From positions 87,674,382 to 87,716,111 of the forward strand of contig NC_057719.1 of assembly GCF_004010195.1 (NCBI RefSeq): 41,730 nucleotides of DNA, read 5' to 3'. Below, piece by piece: positions 1-11,681 of this stretch. Each line of letters opens with the position of its first letter. The stretch's first letter is position 1. The position numbers and the translations under genes are program-made. The DNA is from Chiloscyllium plagiosum (taxonomy: Eukaryota). Below the pieces are notes generated by a model. It was not told the origin of the DNA. It saw nothing but the letters and a program-made list of their open reading frames with translations, and did not search any database.

Positions 1-535
1 TAAGAACTAGGAGCAGAGGTAGGCCATCTGGCCCATCAAGTCTCCTCCATCATTCAATAAGATCATGGCTGATCTTTTCATGGATTCAGCTTCACTTAGC
101 CACCTGCTCACCATAACTCTTAATTATTTTACCGTTCAAAAATCTATCTTTGCCTTAAAAACATAAAACAAGGTAGCCTCAACAGCTTCACTGGGCAGAG
201 AATTCAACAGATTCACAATCGTTTGAGTGAAGGAGTTCCTCCTCAATTCAGTCCTAAATCTGCTTACCCTTATTTTGAGGTTATGCCCCATAGTTCTAAT
301 CTCACCTTCCAGTGGAAATGTCCCTACTTCTGCCTTATCTATTCCCTTCATAATTTTATATGTTTCTATAAGATCTCCCCATATCTTCTAAATTCCAGTG
401 AGTACAATCCCAGTCTACTCAATCACTCCTCATTAGGCAACCTTCTCAATTCCAGAATCCATCTCGTGAACCTTTTCTGTACCGCCTCCAATGCCAGTAT
501 AGCCTTTCCCAAGTAAGGAGACCAAAACTGTACAC
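1..535 (-). mobile_element. CR1-type LINE 3' fragment
   Basis: RT C-terminal peptide MKGIDK...TMGHNLKI...RRNSFTQ. Confidence 0.8.
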
Positions 536-1043
536 ATTTGGTATGCTTTCCTTTAATTGTCAGAGCATTGAGTATCGAACTTTGGAGGTCATATTGTGGA
601 TGTACAGGACGTTGGTTAGGCCACTTTTGGAAAATTGCGTGCAGTTTTTGACTCCTTCCTATCAGAAGGATGTTGTGAAACTTGAAAGAAAAGACTTACA
701 AGGATGTTGCCAGGGTTGGAGGGATTTGAGCTATAGGGAGAGGTTGAATAGGCTGGTGCTGTTTTTTCTGGAGCGTCTGAGGCTGAGGGATGACCTTCTA
801 GAGGTTTATATAATCATGAAGGGCATGGATAGGAAAAATCGACAAAGTCTTTTTCCTGGAGTGGGGGAGTGCAGAAAGAGAGGGCATCGGTTTAGGGTGA
901 GAGTAGAACGATATAAGAGTGACCTAAGGGTCAACGTTTTCACGCAGGGGGTGGTGAGTGTATGAAATGAGCTGCCAGAGGAAGTGGTGGAGGCTGGTAC
1001 AATTACAACATTTAAAAGACATCTGGATGGGTATATGAATAAG
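536..1043 (+). mobile_element. CR1-type (HER) LINE 3' fragment
   Basis: ORF 543-965 YRTLVRPLLE.CVQF...SYRERLNRL. Confidence 0.85.
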
Positions 1044-1111
1044 TTAGGAATGTTCTCCTTTGGGACAAAAAGGCTGAGAGAAGGTCTGATAAAAGGTTTT
1101 CAAAGTCATGA

Positions 1112-1395
1112 AGGGGCAGCACAGTTGCTCAGTGGTTAGCACTGCTTCCATACAGCGCCAGGGGCCTGGGTTCGATTCCAGCCTTGGGTAACTGTCTGTG
1201 TGGAGTTTGTACATTCTGCACGTGACTACATGGGTTTCCTGTGGGTGCTCTGGTTTTCCCCAACAGTCCAAAGGTGGTTTAGAGCTGGGATATGCAGGGT
1301 TACAACAATAGGGTAGGGGAATGGGTCTGGGTGGGATGCTCGTCAGAGGGTCAGTGGGCCGAATGGCCTACTTCAATGCTGTAGGGATTGTATGA
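1112..1395 (+). mobile_element. HE1-type V-SINE
   Basis: Diverged copy of the same head and V-domain. Confidence 0.8.
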
Positions 1396-1884
1396 TTCTA
1401 ATGAACAGACTGGATGGAATAGTTAGGGAGAAACCCTTCTTGCTGATAAAACAGGAACAAGAATAAGAGAGCACAGAGTTAAAGTGATCTACAAAAGTAG
1501 CAGGATTTTTCATCCAGTGGGTAGTTCGGGTGTGGAATGCATTGACTGGGAAGGTAGTGGAGGCAGTTTCAATTGAGGCATTCAAGATGATGATTATTTG
1601 GATAAAACTATTGTGCAGGGGTATGGGGAGAAAAAGCAAAAGATTGGCATTGGCATTAACACTGGCTTAAATGGCATGATGGCCTCCTGCACTATAAGAA
1701 TTGTGTGATTCAGTACCACCTGAGCAAAATGCTGCAACCTGGAGGAATCAATGCTGTATAGCGCAGGAGTCAGACCAATGACTCACAACTCACCCATTCC
1801 AAGGTCCATCAACTGCTGGGCATGCACATTCAGCTAGCACTGAGAATAGTGTCTTAATTCAGACCTGGGGCATGGCAACACTAG

Positions 1885-2215
1885 AATTAGAATCCCTACA
1901 ATGTGGAAAGAGGCCCTTCGGCCCAACAAGTCCACATTGACCTTCCGAAGAGTCACCCACCCAGACCCATTCCCTTGTCCTATATTTGCCCCTGACTAAT
2001 GCAACTAACCGACATATCAATGAACATTATGAGCAATTTAGCTAACCTGCGCAATTTTGGATTGTGGGAGGAAACCAGAGCACCCGGAGGAAACCCACAC
2101 AGACACGGAGAGAATGTGCAAACTCCGCACAGACAGTCGTCCAAGACTGAAATCAAACCAGGGTCCCTGGTGCTGTGAGGCAGCTGTGCTAACCACTGAG
2201 CCACCGTGCCACCCC
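1885..2215 (-). mobile_element. HE1-type V-SINE
   Basis: Reverse complement of HE1 head and V-domain. Confidence 0.85.
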
Positions 2216-3158
2216 ATAGCAAGGCCAGTCTTCACTGACCACCCTGACTGCCCTTTTCCAAATGGTCCAGTGAACTGTGCTGCTGGGAACGGGAGTCACA
2301 TCTGGACCAGACCAGGTAAGGCTGGTGCATGTCCTTACCTGATAAGGACAGCCCGTCCAGATAGGAGGTTTTTTCCCCACAATAACCAGGGTAACTTCAT
2401 TGCTGAGATCACCTTTGCCATTACAGATTTATTTAAAAAACTGAATTTAAAGTTCTGCAGCTGCTGCCATGGGATTTGATTCCTGCTTCTGAAGCTTTAG
2501 TCTAGGCCTCTGTATCACAGGTCCAGTGTCACCAACACAAAGCTGTACCGTCCCCCATCATCATGAACACTGGGGTAGACTTGGAACCTGAATGAGAATG
2601 AAGTGGAATAGCAGTAGATTTCAAGCCAGGTGGAGCCCAGTATAAATGAGGAGTGAGACAGGATCAGCTTCGACCTAACTGAGTGATAAATATCATTCGG
2701 CTGTCCCTCCGAGTTTCTCTTGCCACGTGGACTGAACAGGCCCTCCCCAAAGCAGCCATGCTGCCCCTGTCAGCATTCTGGAACATCAGGGTCTGTCCCT
2801 GATGGGAGAGAGACAGAGAGAAAACCCATGTAGCTTGGATTCAGCGGTCATGGGATTGACAGCGGAGACCATTTCAGAGACCCTGGCCAATGCAAAGCAG
2901 TGACTGCAGAAGGAACAAGAGAAGGGGGAAAGATGAACTGTACTGCAGTAAAATCTTGCATCATATTCAGTGTTTCAAGATAGCACAGGAGGGTCATGAC
3001 ACTTTGCATACAACACGTGAGAAAACAGTCTTCACCATAATTTTATACACATGATAATAAATCTAAATCTAATCTAATCTAATCCCCTGTCCCTGCTGGA
3101 AGTCTTAGCATTTTTTTGGTGAACGTGAACCCAGTTTTTTTCAATGAGAGTTCCTCAC

Positions 3159-3235
3159 CTTTCATAGGACTCCTTTAAACTCTTCAGGGTTGCTGCTTGT
3201 TTCTCCTTCGCTATTTCCAGCAGTTTGGACACTTG
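3159..3235 (-). CDS. PLCB2: PLCB2 exon, distal CTD: QVSKLLEIAKEKQAATLKSLKESYE
   Basis: aaactgcag| acceptor, AAG|gtgagg donor; 77 nt, phase 0 to 2; resembles QISKMMELAREKQAAELKALKE; later exons lie beyond position 1. Confidence 0.92.
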
Positions 3236-3418
3236 CTGCAGTTTTAAAGATACAACCATGTGTTAGATTGTACAGAATTTGCAAGTGATTACAGTTTGTT
3301 TCCCATAATAGCTCTTCACTGTTGTGCACAGCGATTAGCAGCTAATGGGGGGGCGGGGAGGAGCTCCTTCAAGGGAGGCATCCTTGGAAGAGGATTCGCA
3401 GTAAGGTTAAAATCGACC

Positions 3419-3630
3419 AGGCAGAAGTGGGTACTGCAGATGCTGGAGATTAGTCAAGATTAGAGTGGTGCTGGAAAAACACAGCAGGTCAGGCCGCATC
3501 TGAGGAACAGGAAAAATCAATGTTTCAGGCAAAAGCCCTTCATCAGGAATCCTCGGCTGCTGCCTGACCTGCTGTGCTTTTCCAGCACCACTCTAATCTT
3601 GACTCTAATCTGCAGTACCCACTGCTGCCT
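3419..3630. mobile_element. Foldback Penelope-derived short element
   Basis: Inverted arms of the ctgcagatgctgg...gtgctggaaaagcacagcaggtcaggc family; degenerate hammerhead on the minus strand at 3515-3550. Confidence 0.7.
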
Positions 3631-3712
3631 AGCTGATGTAAGGATATACTGGACTCCAATGCTACACCTCCACTGCTGATGGAAGGATATACTGGACTCC
3701 AATTACAGAGGA

Positions 3713-3886
3713 GTTTAAAAACACACAACACTGGGTTATGGTCCAACAGGTTTATTTGGAAGCAGTAGCTTTCGGAGCGCTGCTCTTTGATCAGGTGATG
3801 GAGCGGCACTGTTGGAGTATAACCTGGTGTATGTGATTTTTAACTTTGTCCACCCCAGTCCAACATCGGCACCTCCAAGTCACGAC
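3713..3886. mobile_element. Foldback Penelope-derived short element (acacaacaccagg family)
   Basis: Inverted acacaacac...gtccaacag / gttggagtataacctggtg arms; 9-bp TSD TACAGAGGA; mutated hammerhead core. Confidence 0.65.
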
Positions 3887-4049
3887 TACAGAGGACACCT
3901 CTCTTCTCTTTGCTTACCCTGCTCCTCCCAGGGATGAGCTCAGCTGGTACTGGGGAAGATATTGCCAGGGTAAAGGGCAGGACTGGCAATGCTTGTCGAG
4001 ATCCTCAGGGGTCTAGACAGGTCTACCCAGCAGACAGGAGCTGCAGATA

Positions 4050-4385
4050 GTGAGAATGTGTTACAGTAAATCCCAAAAGCCCAGGAGAGTGAAAGCATGT
4101 GTTACAGTAAATCCACACTGCCCAGCAGCATGTGAGAATATGATACAGTAACATCCCATAGCCCAGCAGTGACAGAATGTGTTACAGTAAATTTCCACAG
4201 CCCAGCAGAGTGAGAGCATGTGTTACAGTAACACCCTATAGCCCAGCAGATTGAGAGAATATGTTACAGTAAATTCCCACAGCCTAGCCGAGTGAGAAAG
4301 TGTATAACATTAACACTCCATAGCCCAGCAGAGTGTGAGAACGAACAATTGTATCTCCACACTGTGATGGTATTAACACAGTACT
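4050..4385. repeat. About 41-bp minisatellite (gagaatgtgttacagtaaatcccacagcccagcagagt)
   Basis: About 7-8 diverged tandem units running up to the exon donor. Confidence 0.85.
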
Positions 4386-4389
4386 GTAC

Positions 4390-4576
4390 CTCAGAGACAT
4401 GTTGTTCTTTTCTGTTCTTGATAAGTTCGTACTGCTCTCCATGCACTCGTTGTAAATCTGTCTGCAGCTTATCTCTGAGCTCACTGACTCGGTCAGTTAC
4501 TGACCCACTGCATTGCATGCTGGTCACACTCGGATATTCCCCACAGAGCATACTATCCTGGATGTTGCCAAGACTC
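4390..4576 (-). CDS. PLCB2: PLCB2 exon, distal CTD: SLGNIQDSMLCGEYPSVTSMQCSGSVTDRVSELRDKLQTDLQRVHGEQYELIKNRKEQHVSE
   Basis: ttttgctgttccag| acceptor, |gtacag donor; 187 nt, phase 2 to 0; RV.EL.D.L and EQYE....RKEQHV.E match PLCB2. Confidence 0.93.
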
Positions 4577-4879
4577 CTGGAACAGCAAAAGACCCACATC
4601 ACTCAACAGCCTCTGTGCTTAGTTTGGGAACACTTTAACAAATCTGAACCAAACTTCAAACCACCAAACATGTGAATATAAATCACAAATATCAAGGCAA
4701 GATCAGATCCAGTGAGAGGATGGGGTACAGTGTGTGAGAGACGGTGGGGATTGGATGGGGTACAGTATATTTGAGGGTGTGGAGTTGGATGGGGTACAGT
4801 ATGTGAGAAAGGGTGGGGAGTTGAATGGGGTACAATGTGTGTGAGGGTGGGGAGTTGGATGGGGTACAGTGTGTGTGAG

Positions 4880-5100
4880 TCATGATTTGGAGGTGCCGGT
4901 GTTGGACTGGGGTGTACAAAGTTAAAAATCACACAACACCAGATTATAGTCCAACAGGTTTAATACGAAGCACTAGCTTTCGGAGCACTGCTCCTTCAGG
5001 TGGTTGTAACACAACCACATGATGAAGGAGCAGCACTCCAAAAGCTAGTGCTTCCAAATAAACCTGTTGGTCTATAAACCGGTGTTGTGTGATTTTTAAC
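4880..5100. mobile_element. Foldback Penelope-derived element inserted in a minisatellite
   Basis: Inverted arms gttaaaaatcacacaacacc... / ...ggtgttgtgtgatttttaac with two head-to-head degenerate hammerheads. Confidence 0.7.
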
Positions 5101-5280
5101 TAAGTGTGTGTAAGAGTGGGGATTGAATGGGGTATGGTGAGGATGGGGAGTGAGATGGGATACAGTATGTGAGAAAGGGTAGTGAGTTGGATGGGGCACA
5201 AGTGTGTCTGTGGGTGGGGAGTTGGTTGGGGCACAGTGTGTCTGAGAGGGTGGGGATCGGATGGGGTACAGTGTGTGTGT

Positions 5281-5410
5281 NNNNNNNNNNNNNNNNNNNN
5301 NNNNNNNNNNNNNNNNNNNNNNNNNNNNNNNNNNNNNNNNNNNNNNNNNNNNNNNNNNNNNNNNNNNNNNNNNNNNNNNNNNNNNNNNNNNNNNNNNNNN
5401 NNNNNNNNNN
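5281..5410. other. Assembly gap (130 N)
   Basis: Run of n inside the minisatellite. Confidence 1.
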
Positions 5411-5601
5411 AGTGTGTGTGAGGGTGGGGATGGATGGGGTACAGTGTGTGTGAGGGTGGGGTTTGGATTGGGGTACAGTGTGTGTGAGGGGGTGGGGATC
5501 GGATGGGATACAGTGTGTGTGAGGATGGGGATGGATGGGGTTCAGTGTATGATAGAGGGTGGGGAGTTGGATATATTACGTTGAAGTGTTTCTATGTTTA
5601 C

Positions 5602-5800
5602 CATTTTTTCTTGTGTCCTTTGCTATTGCCAGAATTTTTCCGGCGAAGCTCTGTGAAGCTGCTGGAATATTTCTGTATCAGATCATCTTTTTTCTTCTGT
5701 GTCTTCCGCTCAAGTTCTTTTATCTCCTTCTCCTGTTTCTTCTGCACTTTGAGAAAGGCTTTCTGCATCTTTAGCTCATCGATAGTCAGAGCCTCTATCT
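5602..5800 (-). CDS. PLCB2: PLCB2 exon, distal CTD coiled coil: EIEALTIDELKMQKAFLKVQKKQEKEIKELERKTQKKKDDLIQKYSSSFTELRRKNSGNSKGHKKKW
   Basis: ctccttgttgcag| acceptor, |gtaaac donor; 199 nt, phase 1 to 2; basic coiled coil with KE..ELER motif. Confidence 0.92.
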
Positions 5801-6067
5801 CTGCAACAAGGAGATCCTGTCAATACACGGGACGACACAGAAACCCCAGCAGCAGGTCCATAGGGTGAGTGTGTGCAGAGAATGCACTGCAGAGTGAGAC
5901 GGGAGGAGCTATTCTGATCACTCAGCCTGGTCTCGGAACAGAATCTGAGAAGTCAATGAGATACAGGGTGGTGGTGAGGGTAGGGAGTTGGATGGGGTAG
6001 AATCCGAGAGAGCTGGAGATCAGGGTCAAAAAGTGTGGTGTGTGTGTGTGAGTGAGTGAGAGAAAGC

Positions 6068-6365
6068 GATTAGATTACTTACAGTGTGGAAACAGGCCTT
6101 TCAGCCCAACAAGTCCACACCGACCCTCCGAAGAACAACCCACCCAGACCCATTCCCCTACACCGAACACTACAATCAATTTAGCATAGTCAATTAACCT
6201 AACCTGCACATTTTTGGATTGTGGAAGGAAACCGGAGTACCCAGAAGAAACCCACACAGACACGGGGAGAATGTGCAAACTCCAAACAGATAGTTGCCTG
6301 AGGCGGGAATTGAACCTGGGTCTCTGGCGCTGTGAGGCGGCAGTGCTAACCACTGTGCCACCCAC
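6068..6365 (-). mobile_element. HE1-type V-SINE
   Basis: Reverse-complement copy with gattagatt tail. Confidence 0.85.
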
Positions 6366-7394
6366 AGGGCGAGTGTTTGCAGAGAATGCACTGCAGAGTG
6401 GGGAGTTGGACGTGATACAGTGTGTGAGAGACTGTGTGGGGAATTGGATGGGGTACAGTGTGAGGAGTTCCATGGGGTATGAAAGAGTGTAGAGATTTGG
6501 ATATATGTTCCAGTATATATCTTGTGGATAAATAGTTTGTGATATGTATCATGCGCTATACTTGTTCTGGACATATGCTGTGGATTTTTGTTGGAATGTG
6601 AATGGGAGGTTGTGATTTTTCGTTTATTTGGTGCAGTTTGATCATTTTGAAGCATTAACTGCTACCTCTGACCTTTCATGCTCTCTATCTGCTGCACAAA
6701 CCAATTAAAACACTCAATCTGGCAGATGCTTCATGTCTTCCAGAACCTTCTGCCACACTACATAAATGAATTAAATTCATTGCAGGCTGAAAAAAACTGC
6801 TGGATGCTCTGTGGGCTGAATTTAGCCCTTTCAAACTAGTGGGTCCGAGTCAAAGTTAAAGATACAAAAAATCTTCATCAGGAACCCTAGCCCCCTCAAA
6901 CTTACTTTTGGTGGGGAGAGTAAGTGCAATCTCAGGGGTCAGGTCAGTCATTGTAATCTTTTAATTATGCTATTTACAATCAATTTATCGTTAATAAATG
7001 TCATGCTGACCGATTTCCCTTGGCTCAGAAAACCTAGCTGTTAAAAATAGGTGAGAAGGCTAGAAGCATGAACCTTTACAGCACTGTTTGTGGGTCCAGA
7101 ACAGCAAAAATGTTGTAAATCCTGCCATGATCGACTTCCCAAGTCTCTACTTCTTTTCCACTCTTCTGCCTCTCCACCCGACTACCAGTTCCCCCACCAC
7201 CACTCCAAATGCTCTCTCCTTGCCTCCCTACCTGCAATGTGTTTTACTGTGGTATTTCCCCCTCTGACCAACAGGGGGCAAGCTGCCCCAAAACCAACAC
7301 AAGTCACTCTTGAGAATTTGAGTTTCTTGACCACAACCCCTGCAAATCCCTCACCCACCCTCACTCACACAGAGCCCCTTAGATGCCATGTTAC

Positions 7395-7445
7395 CTGCAA
7401 TGTCCTTGGAAGATTCCTCAGTTCCAGTACATAGAATGCTGGGAG
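7395..7445 (-). CDS. PLCB2: PLCB2 small symmetric exon, CTD linker: (T)PSILCTGTEESSKDIA(E)
   Basis: Strong acceptor tttatctgcatttcttccag| and donor CAG|gtaaca; 51 nt, phase 1 to 1; EESSKDIAE resembles mammalian EEAMKEAAE. Confidence 0.78.
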
Positions 7446-7632
7446 CTGGAAGAAATGCAGATAAATCTGGTTACTGTGATCTCAATCCCTCTCTATGTCA
7501 CCGTCTCCCCAGCTTCCAGTATTTGTCTCTCTGACTGAGCAGAGTCATTTGGACAACACCAGAGTGTGGTCTTGCTCGTAATTTGTTGAATATTTCTGAG
7601 CCAGTAATGTTGCTGACTCGGTTGGAATGGAC

Positions 7633-7670
7633 AGTTCTGAGGAACGGTTCCTGAACCCGAAACGTTAACT
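7633..7670 (+). ncRNA. Minimal hammerhead ribozyme motif, second family
   Basis: AGTT-CTGAGGA-AC-GGTTC(CT)GAACC-C-GAAA-CG-TT-AACT; stem I AGTT/AACT. Confidence 0.62.
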
Positions 7671-7859
7671 CTAATTTCTCACTAGAGCTGCTATGTTTTG
7701 TTATGAAAAGGAGATTGTTGCTTCTCTGCCCTCCCTGTTGACTCCCTCGGCTCCCTGCCTGCTAGCTCCCTTAGTTCCTGGCCTCCTCTATCAGCCGGTT
7801 CTATCCTGCCACCCAGCTTCAACTTGCTATCCAACAGCGTCAACTATCATTCAGGGAAT

Positions 7860-8200
7860 CACACTCCTGTCTCTGAGTCAGGAGGCTATGGTTTCAAATC
7901 CTGCTCCAAAGTCTTGAAACCAAAACCAAGGGGAATGGTCCACTGTTGCACCAAGGAAGTGTGACATTGGTGGAGGCGCTATCTTTCAGGGGAGGTCTTA
8001 AGCAAAGACTCTGTCTGCTCCCTCAGCTGAATGACGAAGATCGCACGGCACTGTTAGAAAAAGAACAGCAGGCAATCTGATTATTATCAGGTGGCTGGCT
8101 GTGGGATCTCTCTGTGCACAATCTGTCTGTTTCCATAAATTACAACAGTGACTGACTTTTGGAAAGTGCTTTTCACCGGCTGTGAGACATCCTGAGGCTG
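7860..8200 (+). mobile_element. Old Deu-domain-type SINE (SacSINE/AmnSINE-like), tentative
   Basis: tRNA-like ctgagtcaggaggc..ggtttcaaatcc head and ggcactgttagaaaaagaacagcagg core recalled from DeuSINEs. Confidence 0.45.
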
Positions 8201-8424
8201 CACGAATTCCTTCCTGAGACAGCCTCGAACCGTTTCTTTCTGACCTGTTACCTCACCAGGGTTTGGAGACACTGTCCTTCCCCTCCTCCTAACAGGAAAC
8301 CAGCTCCCCAGCACTCATCTCCACAACTCCATTACACCTATATATCCTCAATTAATGGGTTCGTTCTAAAAGATTCCCTCAGTTCAGTGCATGCAGGTGG
8401 GAGAGAGGAGTGGGAGGCAGGCTG

Positions 8425-8892
8425 GGATGGATGGCAACTGCTGTGCCCAGGATCATAAGAAACTACAGAGAGTTGTGAACATAACCCAGTCCATCATGCA
8501 AGCCTACCTTTCATTCATTGACTCTTCTACATCTACACTTCTCTCTGCCTCAGGAAGGCACCAATATCAAAGACCCCTCCCACCCCGGTTATAATCTCTT
8601 CCAATCTCTTCCGTCGGGCTGAAGATACAAAAGCTTATACACATGTACAAACATATTCAAGAACAGCTTCTTCCCCACTGTTATTAGACTTCTGAATGGA
8701 CCTCTTAAGTTTGAAATTTAGTACTGATCTCACTCTTTGTGCACCTTCTCTGCAGCGGTAACATTGTATTCCTCACTCTGTTTTATTACCCTAATGCACT
8801 TTGTATGGTATGACCTGCCTGTACTGCACACAACACAAAACTTATCAATGTACCTAGGTATATGTGACAATAATAAATCAAATGAAATCAAA
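8425..8892 (+). mobile_element. Rex1/Babar-like LINE 3' fragment
   Basis: GNCCAQDHKKLQRVVNITQSI...KDPSHP...FKNSFFP..IRLLN; aataaatcaaat tail. Confidence 0.7.
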
Positions 8893-9016
8893 AGGCAGCA
8901 GAGAAGGGGGGTGGATTCCAAATTCTGGATTGTCCCAGCTTATTCCCTCAGACACAACAGAGCTACTCTCCCGAGATTAATATCAGATAATTAAAGGTTG
9001 ATGGTTATCAATTTAC

Positions 9017-9083
9017 TGCCTGGCCCATTAGTGTCTGGTGCTCCATTGCTGCCGTCCGGCGTTTGTGTATTGTCTGTGACAAC
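9017..9083 (-). CDS. PLCB2: PLCB2 exon, CTD linker: VVTDNTQTPDGSNGAPDTNGPG
   Basis: ctattctttgtag| acceptor, |gtaaat donor; 67 nt, phase 0 to 1, fits both neighbours; low-complexity linker with NG..NG like the mammalian linker. Confidence 0.75.
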
Positions 9084-9876
9084 CTACAAAGAATAGACAA
9101 GAGAGATTTCAGTCTCATGTAACCCAGTGTCAACAACATTAAGCTCCCTCAAGCACCTTGCACCAGAATACATGGAAATTATTCACGTATTAAGGGAATC
9201 TGTATGTTACAACCCAACATTAGTGGCACCTGTATATTGTTTGGAGAAATATAGTTGTGCAAACTGCAGTAGCTGGCTTGCCATGTTCATGTGACTTCTG
9301 CCTATGCTGCAACTTGCTTTCGCTTTTCAGAACCAGCTATTGAGGAAGGGCTCTTTTGGTGCAGTGGTAGTGTCAAGGAGACCCAGGTTCAAATCTCACC
9401 CACCCCCATAGGGATGTTGTAAAGTCTCTGAACAGATTGATTAGAAACTATCTAAAATAGAATTGAACCCACAGTCCACAGTTTTGATGCACTGGCTGAG
9501 TCAGAATCGCTGTGCAGTTTCCATTCCCTGCTGCTGTGGAAATGAAAGACAGAAATTGAATGGTGTTTCATTCTCAGAGGCTGTATATTAAAGTCTGCTA
9601 ATACAATTATCAATATATTACAATATTAAAGGCATTAATGTTACTGAGAGAGGAGTGAATTTTATGGCATTCTTCATTAGCTCATTTTTGTTATATCATA
9701 TTAGAACAGGATTAATGTCTTGCTCCCTAGCCATGTTTTCTGACCAGTGAATACCCATCCCAGACACAACACACTCATTCCCATATGTCACCTGCCCAAA
9801 GATAACACCCTCATTAGCAAATCGTCACTCCCTGTTTCCCCTATTATTTACCTACATCCAACTGTTTCCCAGTTTA

Positions 9877-10029
9877 GGAGAAAGTGAGGACTGCAGATGC
9901 TGGCGATCAGAGTCGAGAAGCAGGAAAATCAGCGTTTCAGGATGATGAAGGGCTTATGCCCGAAACGTCGATTCTCCTGCTCCTCGGATGCTGTCTGACC
10001 TGCTGTGCATTCTCAGCACCACATGCTCG
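9877..10029. mobile_element. Penelope-derived short element
   Basis: Same family as 38116-38322; about 16-bp TSD ACTGTT(T/C)CCCAGTTTA (9861-9876, 10030-10045). Confidence 0.7.
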
Positions 10030-10049
10030 ACTGTTCCCCAGTTTATATT

Positions 10050-10745
10050 TGTTTGTGGGATGTAGGTGTCACTGGCTAGGCCAGTATGTATTGCCCATCC
10101 CCAGTTGCCCCTTGAGAAAATGGTGGTGAGCTGTCTTCTTGAACCAGTACAGTCTTTGGGGTTTAGGGTTTATGCTATTAAGGAGGAGGTTCCAGGATTT
10201 TGACCTAGTGACATTGAAGGAACAGCAAATTATTTTCAAGTCAGGATGGTGAGTGGTTTGGAGGAAAACTTGCGGGGGGTGGTGTTGCCATGTATCTGCA
10301 GTCCTTATCTTTCTAGATAGTAAGCGTTGTGGGTTTCAAAGGAACTGTCTAAGGAGTTTCAGTGAATTTCTGTGGTGCCTCTTGTAGTTGATACAGACTG
10401 CTGTTACTGAGCGTCAGTGGTGGAGGGTGTAGATGTTAAAGGTGGATGGGGTGCCAATCAAGCAGGCTGCTTTGTCCTGGATGGTGTAGAATTTCCCAGT
10501 GTTACTGGAGCCAGGTGACTTCATCCAGGCAAGAATCCCCAAACTCTGCCCTGCTGTGAAGCCACTGTATTTATACGGCAAGTCCAGTTCAGTTTCTGAT
10601 CAATGGTAACCCCCAGTAATTTGATAGCGGGGGACTCATTGATTATAATGCCATTGAATGTGAAGAGGTGGTGGTTAGATTCTCTCTTGCTGGAGATAGT
10701 CATTGCTGGCACTTTGGTGGTGAGAATGTTATTTGCCATTTCACA
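10050..10745 (-). mobile_element. Non-LTR retrotransposon 3' fragment (clade uncertain)
   Basis: LLGVTIDQKLNW..RIN RT C-terminal motif in ORF 10521-10772. Confidence 0.65.
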
Positions 10746-10779
10746 ACCAGGATTTAATGCAAATGGGCACAAAATGCTT

Positions 10780-11640
10780 CAGAATTATCCAACTCATTTC
10801 TCATTGTTAGCCCTATTTGTCCTCATCTTTCATCAATTGTCATTGCCTGTCACTCTTAATCCTCACCACTCACCATTACTTCTACCAACCCCCATCTCAT
10901 TATTTCCACCATTATCCCCTTTTCTCAACGTTTTCTCAAAACCTCTATTAACTATGTCCCTACCTCCCAACATCGCCACTTTCTTATGCTCATCTCTCAC
11001 CATTACAATGTTAGCCCACCTTAGTATTACCCCAATACTTGTCTGTCACTGTCACCTCCAATATGCCCCTGTCTCAACTTCAGCCCATTATCTCCATTTC
11101 TCACCATTACCCCATTTCTCATCATTATCCTTACTACCTCTATCTCTCACCGTTAAACCTACTACCCCAATCTCTCACCATTACCTCTATCAACTCTGTC
11201 TCACACCATTACCCCAGTATCTAACTGCAACCCTATTACTGCTGTCCCTCACCATTAACCCTAATACCTGTGTCTCACTGTTACCCCATTACACTTTTAT
11301 CTTGATACTAGTCTTTCACCATTATCCCATTACCCCAATACAACTATTACCCCAATCTCTCACTGGTACCTCTATTAATGCCATTTCTCATTATTACCAT
11401 TTTTCAGTATCGCCCCATTATCCCCCATCTCTCACTGTTACCCCTATGCCCCATCTCTCACTGTTACCCCGTGTCTCATCATTATCCCTAGTAGCCCCAT
11501 TTCTCTATGTTATCCTATTACCCCTACCTCTCACTAATAATCCCATCTCCCAACCTTACACCTATTATCCCCCTCCACCATCATTACCCCTAGTACTCCC
11601 ATCTCCCACCATTACTCGTATTGACCCCATTTCTCAGCTC
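10780..11640. repeat. Degenerate C/T-rich low-complexity repeat (tctcaccattacccc-like units)
   Basis: Recurrent cattacccc/tctcac motifs, G-poor. Confidence 0.75.
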
Positions 11641-11681
11641 TAACCCACCCCCTCACCCTCTGATCCTTTGCTGTTCACTAC

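Larger units (their letters stand above)
4715..5572. repeat. About 34-bp G-rich minisatellite (ggatggggtacagtgtgtgtgagggtggggagtt)
   Basis: Tandem units on both sides of the N gap; scattered units to about 6480. Confidence 0.88.

Noticed and set aside
1..3158. Next PLCB2 exon (expected DTKEMKKKLE-like)
   Set aside because: No matching peptide found; it probably lies beyond the window start
6600..6700. Possible linker exon after tttgtgcag
   Set aside because: No phase-compatible donor before an in-frame stop
8257..8288. Possible extra PLCB2 exon (tttcctgttag|...|gtgagg)
   Set aside because: 32 or 37 nt would break the frame between the phase-1 neighbours
10603..11643. 346-aa plus-strand ORF, the longest in the track
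   Set aside because: Antisense LINE fragment followed by a G-poor low-complexity repeat that lacks stops by composition; L/P/S/T/H-rich with no domain
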